A stretch of 64,000 bases of DNA from Balanoglossus misakiensis (lineage: Eukaryota > Animalia > Hemichordata), in the NCBI GenBank assembly GCA_040954595.2, contig CM082587.2, forward strand, positions 6,809,705 through 6,873,704, read 5' to 3'. Below the pieces are notes generated by a model. The model saw nothing but the letters and a program-made list of their open reading frames with translations, made no database searches and was not told the DNA's origin. Numbering within the stretch: position 1 is the first letter of the stretch; every line of letters begins with the position of its first letter. This document shows, in pieces, positions 18,432-34,600 of this stretch. Both the position numbers and the translations under genes were made by a program.

Positions 18432-21400
18432 AGACAGACCGTCTTTAAACAATCTCTATGTTTCTGTCATCAAGGCGAGTCGTGTCACAACAAATTGTGA
18501 TTGATTATGACTTCGGATATTGAGTTATCTTGATAGCCTGAGAATCGGACAACCTGCTCCGATTCGGCGACGTACGTTATCGCAGCCAGATTGGGCAGCG
18601 GCTTGATTAGGGGTCAATATATCTGCCCCCGCGGCCACTCTGCAGTCTTATGCAAGGCTGAGGTGCGCTTGGTAATAATCGCAGAGCTATCGCCAGCCTC
18701 GCATACGTGCACACGCTCTCGTTGCATGGTGGTCGGCACTTCAATCACCTGTCAGCGATTTTACATGAGTACACGACTTGAAAGTCGGTGTTTGAGATCT
18801 TGCAGCGCGAAAAAGCCTTGCCACGCACGAGTAGGCCTACTCGGACGGACAATCATCATCATCCGTACTCAACGGTCCGTCTGCTAAATCGCCATACACG
18901 TGCTGATTGTAAAAGGTGTACACAACACGTCAGCTATATCAGTGGTATAATCTCCGATAACTGAAATGATGTGTCCTGACATATAAAGAACGGGGTTAGC
19001 TGCATATCGACGAGTGGGATTTCCCAAATGTTCAGTCGCGTTATGGCCAATGGAGCATTGGCATGTTGTCGTTACAAAATATGAGCACAGTACACTTATT
19101 TTCATAACTCTCGCAATTTTATCAGTTAGCCTAACCACCAACCAGACTGCGCAACTGTGAGCGTCTTTTTTACTGAATCTTCAGTGCTTACTGGTGATTT
19201 GGATGATAGTTACGTTTGAGTATAGAACAAGTTTCTATGAGATTTGTGTTGAGAGCAGTACATTAACAACGATGTGTATGTCATCCTATTTTTAAAATTT
19301 AGATCTGGTTTTACTGATTATCTGTCTGTTGCCTGCCCGACCCCAATAAATAGAAATATGACAAACGACTTTCCGTTTTCCCCGAGCGGGTACGGGCCTG
19401 CCTGAAAAAGAAGTCCCCGGATTTGAAAAATGACCAGGCTGTTAAAAATGACAAATGACGGCAATACGACCCCACGTGCCGTGTATGAAATTTGAAAACC
19501 GCTAAACCCCCAAATGCACGTGATCGCACGACTGCGTGTGGGGGACACTGGCAAAACGGCCGGGCTGGGCAGATGGGTGTTGACGGCGCGGAATGAATTC
19601 GAAAGAGTTTGGGAGGAGTGATAATGAAAGGTTAAGTTCAAATCTATCGGATTTGAATTCAACCATCAGTGATTGTAGTGTGAATTACCATATGGGCCTA
19701 ATGTACAACAGAACGCGCACAACGTTCCAGACTAGCTGTGAACATAAGGTGGGCACACACCCCTTCTTTTAAAATGCAATCGCGGTTCACTCTTCCTCGT
19801 CTCTGCAAAGAAAGAAAGAAAGAAAAAAAGTAAATCTCTCTCTCCTTCTCTCTCTCCCCCTCCCGCTGGAAATGGCCATGCTAATAGCGACAATTTCTTT
19901 AATTGACTCTCGCTTCTGTTAAAGTGATAATATCCCCTCCCACCATCGCTGCATATTGATGTCCGCGTGGATTAATGGCCAATGTTCGGTTCCCGCTCCT
20001 TATCTGAGTATGGGTGGCCATTAACTCACCAAGATATACGCAACATCACAAATCGACCATTGCAGATTTGTAAAAAAAACTAGAATTGGATAATCAAGGG
20101 TAAATAGGTCACCCGTAGCGAAAGGAAATTAATGGCGGGCTTCTTTTCACTGTGTTCCCCGCCATCGCCATTGACAGGAATTGTCTGTGATTCGTTCTCA
20201 CTTACGAGTTATTATCTCTGCCGCTTTGGACAATTCCCCCCGAACACGGGACGCATTTGCGCGAATAGTGTGATTTTTCACGTCACGCCGCCTGTCGTGG
20301 GAAAACCGGGTGGCTGGCGCACCGGCGGACGGTCCCATCACCGCTACAGGTAGCCGCCCGAACCTTGATTATCGCTTGACAAAAATCGTCGCTGTGTTTG
20401 CTTAACTGTATAAGGCTTTGATCTGAGGGCCTGGGTTTGTCCTGTCCGCCCATCCCCGAGCCGATTGCGCAGCTTGATTAGGATTATCAGCAAATATAGG
20501 AAGTATTTTCAGCCGAGTAAACACAACGTGAGATTAGGTGTATAGACAGATTATTTTTGGATTTCTGTAATCTCGTATAAGTTTTATTTAGTTTTATAGC
20601 AGGTAAACGTGCTACTGCAAAACGCTGACGACGACGACGGACAAAATGGGTACTGAAAACGAGGCCTTTGCCGTACAACGACACGATCGGGGTATTCGTT
20701 TTATCGGCTAGGATATACGGTAGTTAACAAAGCATAAATCTACAAGTCAGTACAGAAATGTCGGTATTTGAGTTAATCATCTACCGACGTCTATCAGAGG
20801 AAATCTCTGCCACGCGACGCACTGATAAATTCCCCCATTATCTATGTTTGCGGGATGTCAGCAGCGCGATTTCAGAGCAATAATAGTACACGCTGAAACG
20901 ATTCTTTTGTTCACGGCGCCCCTGAAGCAGCCCCGGTGCTGTCCTCGATCCTCGTCTTCACAAAGCAGTGTCTGTTGTGGATGTTAAGCGTCATGATCCT
21001 ACCCAATTCTAGTTTCCAGCAAAAATTTTACGTTATTTTTCTTCCTTGAAAAGACAGCTTGTGAGCCTCTGAACCGATCATCGAATTACTACATCATCCC
21101 GACTCGGACAAGCCCTGCAACCGACAAAATTGTGAGATTATTACTTGATTTTACGGTCTGGCGTTTGTTTTCCGTTGTTTTTGTCGTGTTTTCACCATTC
21201 ATACGTGGTAAGTGGTATCGCTGGAAGATCAAATAAACAGGACCGCGATAGCCATCAAAACACATAGGCCTACACCCACCATTTACGCCAGAGTGCGCCA
21301 TTCCACACGCGGCTATAGATGTGATGAGGTATACGTCGAATGGACATTTTTGCTTTATTTTATCTCCGCCACTGTAGTATTCATATTCTGTAAATTTTAT

Positions 21401-23435
21401 TTACACACAACATTGGGACTGAAGAGACCGATGATCGCGAGTCCCAACGGTACTCAGTTCAGAAGCTATCGGGACGGCCACGAACCAACCGGATTTCAAA
21501 CCAATTCCCGCTGGTGTCAATGGAGATTGTCGTAACCCAAGCAGCCCAATGCTTGTGTCATATCTCACGGACAATTTCTTTGCATTTAATCTGTACTGGT
21601 AGTCGGGCCCAAGCCGAAGCTATACTTAGATACCCGTAAATCGGGGACATGTAAATTTACGAACAGAACCGGCGATATATTTCAACGTGTGAAAAGTTAT
21701 AATTGGAAAGGCACACGCATTGCCACTGAAATCCGGGTTAACAAATCCCAGCGTATGCGCACACTGTTGGTTTTGCATCGATTTTCGGCCGGCGATGATT
21801 TTGTAATCACTCTTCTTATTCTATTCAAGCTCTCCCTGGTGTCCTATCTAAATGCGTTCATTTTGAAAACGCTATATTATGAATGAAAGCATTTGTGTGT
21901 GTGTGTGAAAATGTTCCCGTTTTGATATCTCTCTTGTTATCGGTGTATTTTACAGTACTGTATAGTGACGTCAACACTAACAGACAAGTTATCGGTCGTC
22001 CTGTCGGGTTTTTACCACTACACTGTGTGCCAGCGCTTTCTCCGACAATCCGGCCAAGCATGAGTCAGCTAACACTTCTTATTGAGCAGCGATTTATGCA
22101 GGCGGAAAATCGCGGGGATTTTTTCCCCGCGCGTCCTCGTCATTCAAAAGGGTGTGTATGGTTGTGCTATTATACACGCACATGCGTTAGGGCGAGCATA
22201 TCTCCGTGCACGCGCGACTTTAGTCGGCGCCAACATATGGCTAGCTTATGGCAAAGTAGTCGATGGCCGAAAACAGTTTGCCAAATAAATTAATAATAAT
22301 TGACAGTACTAGATTGGTAAAGTCACTTGTTTGCTGAGACTAAACTGATGGCAGAAGCTTATCAGAGACCCTGTCAAGACTTCACCGTAAATCCTTCACT
22401 GTCGTTTAAAAACAGTGTTTTTGCAATCCTCAACGGCTACTGGGACCACCTGTTTATCTGGTCAACTTTCTCACTTGAGCCCGAGTCCCGAAATAAAAAC
22501 AACACGGCGAGATAATCCTATTGGGCCCATTGTTTTTAATGCTGCTTTAATGAGGGGGCTCGCAAAATAAAAACACCGCTGATAGATTCAACAAATTACG
22601 GTGTTAACTGTGTCAGCTGTTGGGGCGATTTTCGTGCACGACCGCGAGTCCCCTTTTGTTGGCAGCGCGGGCAATTGTTGTCCGTGCACCGCCGGACTGG
22701 TGTTACGCCCGGACACCAGCCCGGAATTGCATCAACCCGAGTCTCCGATCGTCTGTATCAACAACTCAAGTGGCCGGTAACCAGAAGTCGTGTCACTTTG
22801 AAGTCATTGTTAAATTTGCCATCATGCATATCTCGGTTGCAGTGATTATAGGTTGTACTGCGGCCGCCGTATATACATTTCAGTGCTGTGTGTGTGTGGG
22901 GGGGGGGGGGTAAACTAAACGACTACTGAAAAACTGTAACTGTTGCTTGCGGTGCGGTGATGTGCACGCCAGCAGCTAACCCTACAGATGGTCTGCGGAC
23001 AAAGATCCCGAACGCCCCGCACCACTACTCTTCTCCGTTTAACGCAAGGCATCTATTTTTAATACGATTGGTTTTTACCAGTGCGTTTTCCATGCAAACA
23101 CCAAATAAAACCAATGAAAATTGACATTTAATTTATCTCACTGCAGCGTGCACGGGCTACTTAGATTTTCATTAGGTTAACAAGTTATAGAGTCACTCCC
23201 CCTACTGGTCACTCAATTGGAAATTGTCACATCCTTTGCTTTCCTTATCAACCAATCAGGAGAGATTGTTTCGTCTGTCGCCGACACCTGTTGGATCACA
23301 CACTACTGCGCACGCGCAGTCATTATCACTCACAGTCTCGATTTGGCGGCACGCTATGGATTCGAAACAGATGCGGCTCAAAAGAGGGGTGACTCTATAG
23401 ATTGGTTTGGTTCTATCAAAACACCTAACTCCGCA

Positions 23436-23461
23436 ATTTGCATAATCAGTCAGTATATTTA
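23436..23461 (+). promoter_or_regulatory. Proximal promoter element of Gfi copy B: octamer ATTTGCAT + AATC core + TATA-like TATATTTATA
   Basis: ATTTGCATAATCAGT-CAGT-ATATTTA lies about 145-170 nt upstream of ATG 23606 and matches the copy A element while flanking DNA does not align. Confidence 0.65.
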
Positions 23462-23605
23462 TAGGCGCATAAGGGGCAGTGTGATTCATATTGTAGGCCT
23501 TCTCCGAGAAGCACAGTACAGCACCTCCCGTAACAGGGCCCTAGTTACAGGACAGACCTCGCCGACGATTTCTGTCGTTCATCTTACCCACCCATCGCCG
23601 CGACA

Positions 23606-27025
<3,420 letters not shown>

Positions 27026-27390
27026 GAGACGGCGACGAGCTTTGAAAAATGAACCGGACAATCTCCAACTACACACACACACACACAATGACTGCATGCA
27101 TACACATTAGTACTAAAACATTGTGTGGGATCATCATATGCATAATTCATTACCCGTCATGATTAATTGAAGAACCTTTGCACCACGTAATGCACCGTCA
27201 GAAATCTATTTAATAGTGTTTTTTAACGTTTTCACAGCTTTTTTTCTATCAAAATTTAAGAGACGTTTTATATAGAAAGGACATACAATAAATATAGAAG
27301 ATGAATTTAAAAAACATTCATTTTCCCGAATGTGTGCGCAATTGCTGGCGATTGCGCCAGTCGCGAGACACCGAGTCGCTGGACGAACAC

Positions 27391-27409
27391 TGCCACTAGA
27401 TGGCGCTGT
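27391..27409 (+). promoter_or_regulatory. CTCF-like binding motif
   Basis: TGCCACTAGATGGCGCTG matches the core CCACYAGRKGGCRC, about 100 nt downstream of the candidate poly(A) signal of Gfi copy B. Confidence 0.5.
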
Positions 27410-28570
27410 CCCGCAAAATAGCTCACCATCGGGATGACGCGTTGAAAGTTTTGGCTGTTGGATTTCATTAATTTTCCAACATGTTATTTGGCATGATTAA
27501 TCGACAGCAGCCACGTTTACTTTGATATTGGTTTCATTTTTAATGTTGGCGAATGTTTGGTTGTAGATATCATTACCAGTTACATCAAATAAATACATTT
27601 TATCCCGACTTTCTTGTGCCTGCATTGTCGCCATATCTTGTGGTATTCTTCAAAGCGGTGACGTCATCCAAAAGTGACTGCATTTCGAAGAACATTTGCT
27701 GACTTTCTTGATTAAGAAGTTTTCTTCGTTTATAGTGAAATTGCGCCTTCTTCCAGCACGTTACTCGCTTGACTAACAGTAATGTTACTGGACTGGACTG
27801 AGAAACAGTTTTTTTTGTAGGTTTCTCTCCTTCCACTTAATTCCATATCGTGTCATACCATGAAAACATCCCCGTGTTAAGATTCTGCGGTTGCGTCCGA
27901 CACTGTTCAATGTTGTAGTGGCGACTATAGAGGGATGGCAGTAGTCGGGGCTTGCTTTACAAGACACGCACATAGACCATTACCTTTTCAAACCATCACC
28001 AGTTCCACCGTCATGGCCACGATTAATTGAAGTCAACTTGGAATCACCACTGACAAGACAATCATCAATTTTTATACTTGACAAGTATAAACCAAACAGT
28101 AGATGGCCGAATATGGGAAAACCTATAGGTTTGAAATGGAGTCGTTATTCAAATATTTTAACCGTTGTGATAGTGTTAATATTTTTTTAAAATATCGCAT
28201 TCAGAAAATATAGAGATGAAACCCATGTGTTAGATGTTATAAAGAAGCGATTTGCATTATTTAGAAGTCCGTATTTAAGTGTTCTAAATGATCCCAGTTA
28301 ATTGACGGTCGAGAACGGAATGATATTGTAATTAATCTTACTTTACTAAACGATTCTTGCAAAACCTTATCTTGTCTCCAGTTTGTAACAGAGACTCTGA
28401 GACTCCCAGTCTATTCTGTCTACCGTAACTCACGAAAAGGAATGTAAATAAATATAAATAAGTTATATTAAATTTTACGAGATCTAGCTTCTTGAAAATC
28501 CGAGGTCATAATTTAATTGCCATCGCTGCCTGTCTGTGTCGCGGCCCCTGTCTCTGTGTTTGTCTACCTA

Positions 28571-28616
28571 TCTGTCTGTCTGCCTGCCTGCCTGCCTGTC
28601 TGTCTGTCTGTCTCTC
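28571..28616. repeat. Compound (TCTG)n/(CCTG)n microsatellite
   Basis: Directly visible tandem tetramers. Confidence 0.85.
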
Positions 28617-31600
28617 ATCGCAAGTGCTATATGACAAATACTGCAATGCTCTCCCTCCCCTCTCGCTCAGCGCGAGTGCCATCAAGTCGTGATGAACCTT
28701 GCAATGGATGCCGTATATAGAGTCATGGCACAGTTGACGAGCGGGGAATATTCCTATCATTTGGCGATCCTGATTGAAACCTTAGCAATTGGTCAAAGCA
28801 TGCCAGGTCGATGTTTTCACCAATCTCAAACTTGGCACTAAGTACCATACGCCTGCTTTTGTATTCGCAACAGCGAAGTCGATGTGATATCAGATGTTTT
28901 TTTACTGATTTTTAGGTCAAAGGTGCCTTGATTTTATGGTTTGTTTATTCATTTGAAACCTAAGGAGACACGTTATCTCATCAGCTATAATAATTCTAAA
29001 TTATTGAGATCGTCAACCTTGTAAATCATTTCGGTTTATTGGTAAAAATTGCACATCGCGTAAGCGCGTGATTTTTTCGTACTCATTCTACGGCCGTTTT
29101 TCTTTGTTCATTATGATTCAGCTCGATTTTTTTATACAAGATATTTCGGCAGATTCATTTTTGTTTTAAAAAAACGCTTGATACGGTCACGTTTGATGAA
29201 TGCACACGTGCCCTTGATAATCCTAAAGTCACGTGACGCCCAGCTGTGCCACATGTGAATTAGACTATTTACATGTATTTCTAAATGTTAATATGTAGCT
29301 TGTTTCTGAGGATATCATCACCGCTAAAAACCTTAACACCCAAATACAAACATTCGGGGCCGTTTTTATGTTTTTCTTCTTCCAATGGACTGGCCTATCT
29401 TTTCAAGGCCGATCCGAACCACACATTTGTTTACTGGCCTCATGTGTGTTGTATACAGTAACGTTTCTATTGTTAAAAATTCGTGAATTAAGATCCGTTT
29501 CTGTGTGTTGCCCACAGTGGAAATGGAAAATGTGGTTGATGCACAAACCGAAGCCAAATCAGACGCGGCCATACAGTCTCTAAAACGACCGAAGCGTCCA
29601 GACTACCTCTCACACCAATGAAGTTTCCTCACATCTACATGAAATCAAATTAATTCATCGTGTTTCAAAGCGAGATGCGAGAACTAATTAATTGCGTAAT
29701 AACGGGGTGTTTTCAAATTTAGGACTACTTCAAGCGAAAATCAAGTTAGTGCACGTCATGCCTGATGAGGCGTAATGCTGCAGATAATACCCGGGCCGCC
29801 TTGTCGACAATAATTAATCTTCCGTTTACTTCAAAATGTCACCGACCGTCTAAATTATGAAACACGTCAAAATCTCGTCAAGTGATCTTTCCGAAACGTG
29901 ATTCTTGTCACAATGTGTTTTTTTCCCTGTTCCCGCGAGGCTCTCAGAAATCACTGGTGTTCCTGGTCCTCAATTCGAAACAAGCATTTTGTGAAAAACC
30001 AGTGTTACCAGTGATCCGGTTGGGTCACGTGGTGCCACATGCGACGGAATGCACGACAAAATTGAAGTCATCGCACTTTTGCCGGCGCTTGCGGGGAACT
30101 GACCAGAACTACGGCAACGAGAGAGAGGGGTTGAAATGTCGAGTTGATCTTTTCCTGTCCCTCCACCAGAAAGGAAATTTTGGAGGCCACCCGAAAATTA
30201 AAAACGTGGGATATTTTATGATACTCATTCTTCATTCAGGGACTGTTGTTACGATTGTACTACGAATGCATAGAATTTAAATATCAGTGGTGGATGAACA
30301 ATTTAGGGTGTACGTCATTAACATAGCGTTAGCTGTAGTAGCCGTACACCTGGGTATTTTGAATATTACATAAGGGTTTTTGATTTTTGACTCTCGGCAA
30401 CGGCAGTAAAGTGGCGTGAGCCGAACAGAAAACAGACAAGTAGCACTCGGCCATGAGCGACGGGGACTGGTATCTTGTAATCAAGTGGGAGCTCGGTGTT
30501 GAAGTTCAGCAAGTCGGGTATGTCCTGTTGGTTTGAATTCACTGAATTATCGCGTCCGCTCACCACGTGTGTAATATTACCGCGGAACTGATACAAGTTT
30601 CTTGAGGACATTACAATATTTGAGTAAGAACCCTAGTAACATTTAAGTTTCAGTGCTTGTACTATGATATTAATTTTCTTCCTGTGACAAATAGATTCGC
30701 AGTGAAACGTAAAACTTTGTGGGTGTTCAGTGTATCATTGTTGTTGCTGTCTGGGTGTGTGTGTTGCGAGTCTTTGGTTCTTAACACTGTTCACTTTCTT
30801 TATACGGACTAGAAAGTTGCAGCAAAAAAAACCAGAAACACGCGAATTTAGCAAATTTGCTGCCTTAGCGAAATTCAAGTAAAATATCACACTGTATGCA
30901 AGTTTCCAGTTTATGACGTATGCTAGTCTATTTTTGTCGACGTCAGAGTAATCTCCACACGGTTCCCGCCACTTCAATCCTTCTCGTTCCAAGAGCCCAA
31001 ACTCACGTCCATCTTGGATTCAGTTTCCACTGCGCATGCACATCAACGTATCCAACAGCAAGAGCATTGATGTTGATTTATCTGATTAATGCAGAGAGCG
31101 TCATCTTTTACTGTACGGAGTGTAATTCAGTCCGCCGCTCGTTTAGCGTGTTGCAGTTAAACTATATGGTATATAAAGAGTTTATTAAAGCCTTGAATAC
31201 TGTTGTCACACGACGCGAATACCGATGCTTAATTCATCTCTTGTATTCCATGCATGTAAATGTTGTAGGTTGTTGTTTTTAGTGGAAAACCGGAGAAGTT
31301 GTCCTATTGTATGATATAAGTTAAGTTTTGACTCTGCTTCCCACCACGCGCGCGTATAGGAGAGAGCACGTGACATCTTTCATGACCGAGCTCGTCTAGG
31401 GAAGATTATGTCTTGAGTAAGTTTTGCATATTGTGCCGAGTATTCCTCCGAGCCCATGGGCGTGTGTGACAGATGATGTCGATGAAGGATGTAATCGTCA
31501 CCTGGCAGAATATATCCATATCCGGCAACAAATGCCAGTTTTCTGATCTATCTTGTTGTTAGTTTTCCCTATTGCACTTTACTTGAGATTGCAAAGGAAC

Positions 31601-34600
31601 TGGGCGTGCACTCATGGCGTTGACTGCCCCCCCCCCCAAAAGAACCTCGTTTGAATAACAAAAATCGTTAACTATTTAGGTGAATCCTCTTGCCATCCGT
31701 CATTCATTCTAACCATTTTACTTAACTTAATAATATTAGATTTGCTCGAAACGGCATCATGGGCAATTATTTTAAAGTTTTTTGTGTGGGTTAGAATTGC
31801 TGTTCATTAACAGCCACTTATAGTAGAAATCGACTTGAGGAATTTCCTGATGACGTCAAATCATCAAATGTGTTAATTTTCTCCATGAACAATAAACTTC
31901 AGCTTAGGATGATATTGTCAAACGCGGCAGTTTTCTCACAACTGAAACAGATTTCAGCAAAGGCCGGCACGGCACACAGCAGTTCCCGCGGAATGTTTCG
32001 CCAAATACCATGGGAACACTTCGACTCGGGTCCCGCTTCTTTTCAGATTCCGCGCTTATTACCGTAAATGAGTGAGTGAGCAGCGTTATGATTGTACAAA
32101 TTTCAGATTCAGATTCAGATTTACTGTAATACTCCCCGGGGGACTCCGCTGACTTCTGGTATGCGGCTCGTCTTCGCTTAAACCCCTCCAAATTCTGAGC
32201 ATCTTTGATTTGTAATCTGTCCCCCGGGGTTGTCATAATACACTGTCAATTAATTTTACTGGAGTATTTGATTGAGATACACCTGTGACCAGCTCTCGCT
32301 ATTAAACTTCGTCTAGCATATTAACAAACATGTCGTTTTCAACAAAACATGCTGTAAATAGTAAATTTCGCAGAGCAAACCAACCATAGACGATAAATTC
32401 CTAACACTTCGAAATATTTTTGTCTTAGTTTCAACTAATAGTCTGAATTGATATTCTTTTTTTCGTTATTATAACTTCATCAATATTATGATTGTTGAAA
32501 TATATACACGAAAATAAGCATATATAAATTAACAAACAAGAGGGAAAAGACACAATTTTACCTTGCAAAGTAACAAAGTAATTAGTGAGTGAGTGAGTGT
32601 ATGTACGTGGGTGGTTGGATGGATGCATGGATGATCGTAAGCTAGCGAGTAGTAAGTGATCATTGTTGAAACTAAATTCAAGTCCGGACTAGAATTTATT
32701 TGTCAATACTAACATCAGTGGCTGTTACAGTGTTATCAGTGAGTGTGAATTCATTTTGAACATGGTATGTTTAACAAGAAACTTCGGTTGATACTTAGAA
32801 CAAAAATTGGGAACGAAGGACTTAAGTTACAGCTAGTGAGTGGGCGTGTGGGTTTCTGGGATTAATTCTTCAAATACCGACTCAAGCATTTCATCATTTT
32901 TTGTGAACTCATTTTTTTCATTAAACCAGTTTAAAACTCTTTGCCGCACTTCGGTTAAAGTAGTCTCGCGTAGCCTCGGTTACAATATTCAGGAAATCTA
33001 CAATAGTCGCACCCGATAAAATTGCAGTAATGGGCGCAAAGGAACAAATATCTAAACTTTAAACGGACGCGACTCGATTAAGATGGATTAGCAAAGAGAT
33101 AGAAAAAAGCATGGAAGTTTAGCAAAGTACGTGTATTTCGTACAAAGCGAGCAGCAAATCTGTCGGTGACTGATAAATCTTGATTTTAATATTCAATTAC
33201 CGTCGGAGAGAACTGGACACAATTGTACCGGCGACTCCCCCCAACAAGACTGACTATCACCGTGACTGAAAACACCACTTAAAGTTTACTGCCCCGGAAG
33301 ATAATATCGCCGGAACTGAGAATCAATTGCACGGCGCTGGAATACAAGCGAACTGAGGGAATCAGCGCCTCGCTAGATTTATCTCTCGATTCCGTCCCCG
33401 CTATTTATTTCTCCTCTTCAACGATAACGAGAGATCAGTATGTATTCGACTGTTAAAAATGTTTGTCTCTCCAGTTGGATTAGCCGTTATCCCTCCACTA
33501 ATCCGCCCTGATCCGAATGAAATATTCAGAAATTAGTGGCGCATGTTCGCGATCCGTTCATAGTCTAGTCAGCGCTTAGCGGACTTTATTTTCAAGTATG
33601 TCATGAATGTGCTGTCCATAAACGGAAATCATAAAAAACGGAAAGTGATTCCGCCGACTGGACTTGCATATTAACAAAACCGAAATAGAGTCATTTAAGC
33701 CATCGCGCTTCGGTGGGATATACACTGTAAATGCGCATGCAGTAAGACATTAAACTTTACTTTTCGACAGCTTTTGGAAATATTTTCTTTATATACGTTT
33801 AAAGGCTACTTTCAACGCCACAAAGTACAAATAGAGAGATGTTGAATTCTGGGACGTGGTTAGACTAGCCCACTAGTCGCTTGGGGATTTTAAAATCTCA
33901 ATACTTTTTGTGTTTTCGGTGGTTTTTTGTCTTAATAAATAATTGCAATACTTTTGCGTGCATGCTTGCCTTGAGCGTGTTTTTGGTAGTGAGGTGTGTT
34001 TCAAATTTGGGACTGAGCTTGTGGTTTCGGGTAGCGTCGACCAAGCGCCTACGCGTTCCCTACACATAATGAAGCCCATAGACTTGGAGCAAGTCTAGGA
34101 CGTGGTGTTCTTGCGTGTGTTGCTCAATTTGGCGGATTATGTTCGGTGCACATGAAATAACCTCATGGGGATTCCACAAATACGCCCCAGTCAGGGATTG
34201 TGTGGAGAATGAAATGTAGATAGCTATATAAAAGAAGTTCGTATCACATCACAAAGCACAAATTGGCGACAAATCGCATCGTGTAGATTTTTTTTTTCAT
34301 CGGGCGTATACTTTGCAGAATCGTGATTGACATCGAGAGAGAGAGTTGGACATGGCTTTAGGCGTGATTTATGGATTCCACCGGGGGATAATCTTCCTCG
34401 GTTGACCTTGACGCTTGCCGGTGTCGCAGTGGCCTCACAAATTTTCCAGTGCGCACGCTCTGCGACAGCACGTTGGGGAGTTTCGGTAATGGGCGCTAAA
34501 TCCCCCAAACGCCATCGCGAGAGCGGCGTAAAGAACGAACGACAATCTGCCGATTTCTGATAAATTTTCGCGTCGTAAAATGGGGTTAGTTAAATCGTTG

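Noticed and set aside
18177-18504. ER-repeat and SL-repeat ORFs
   Set aside because: Artefacts of the (CT)n microsatellite.
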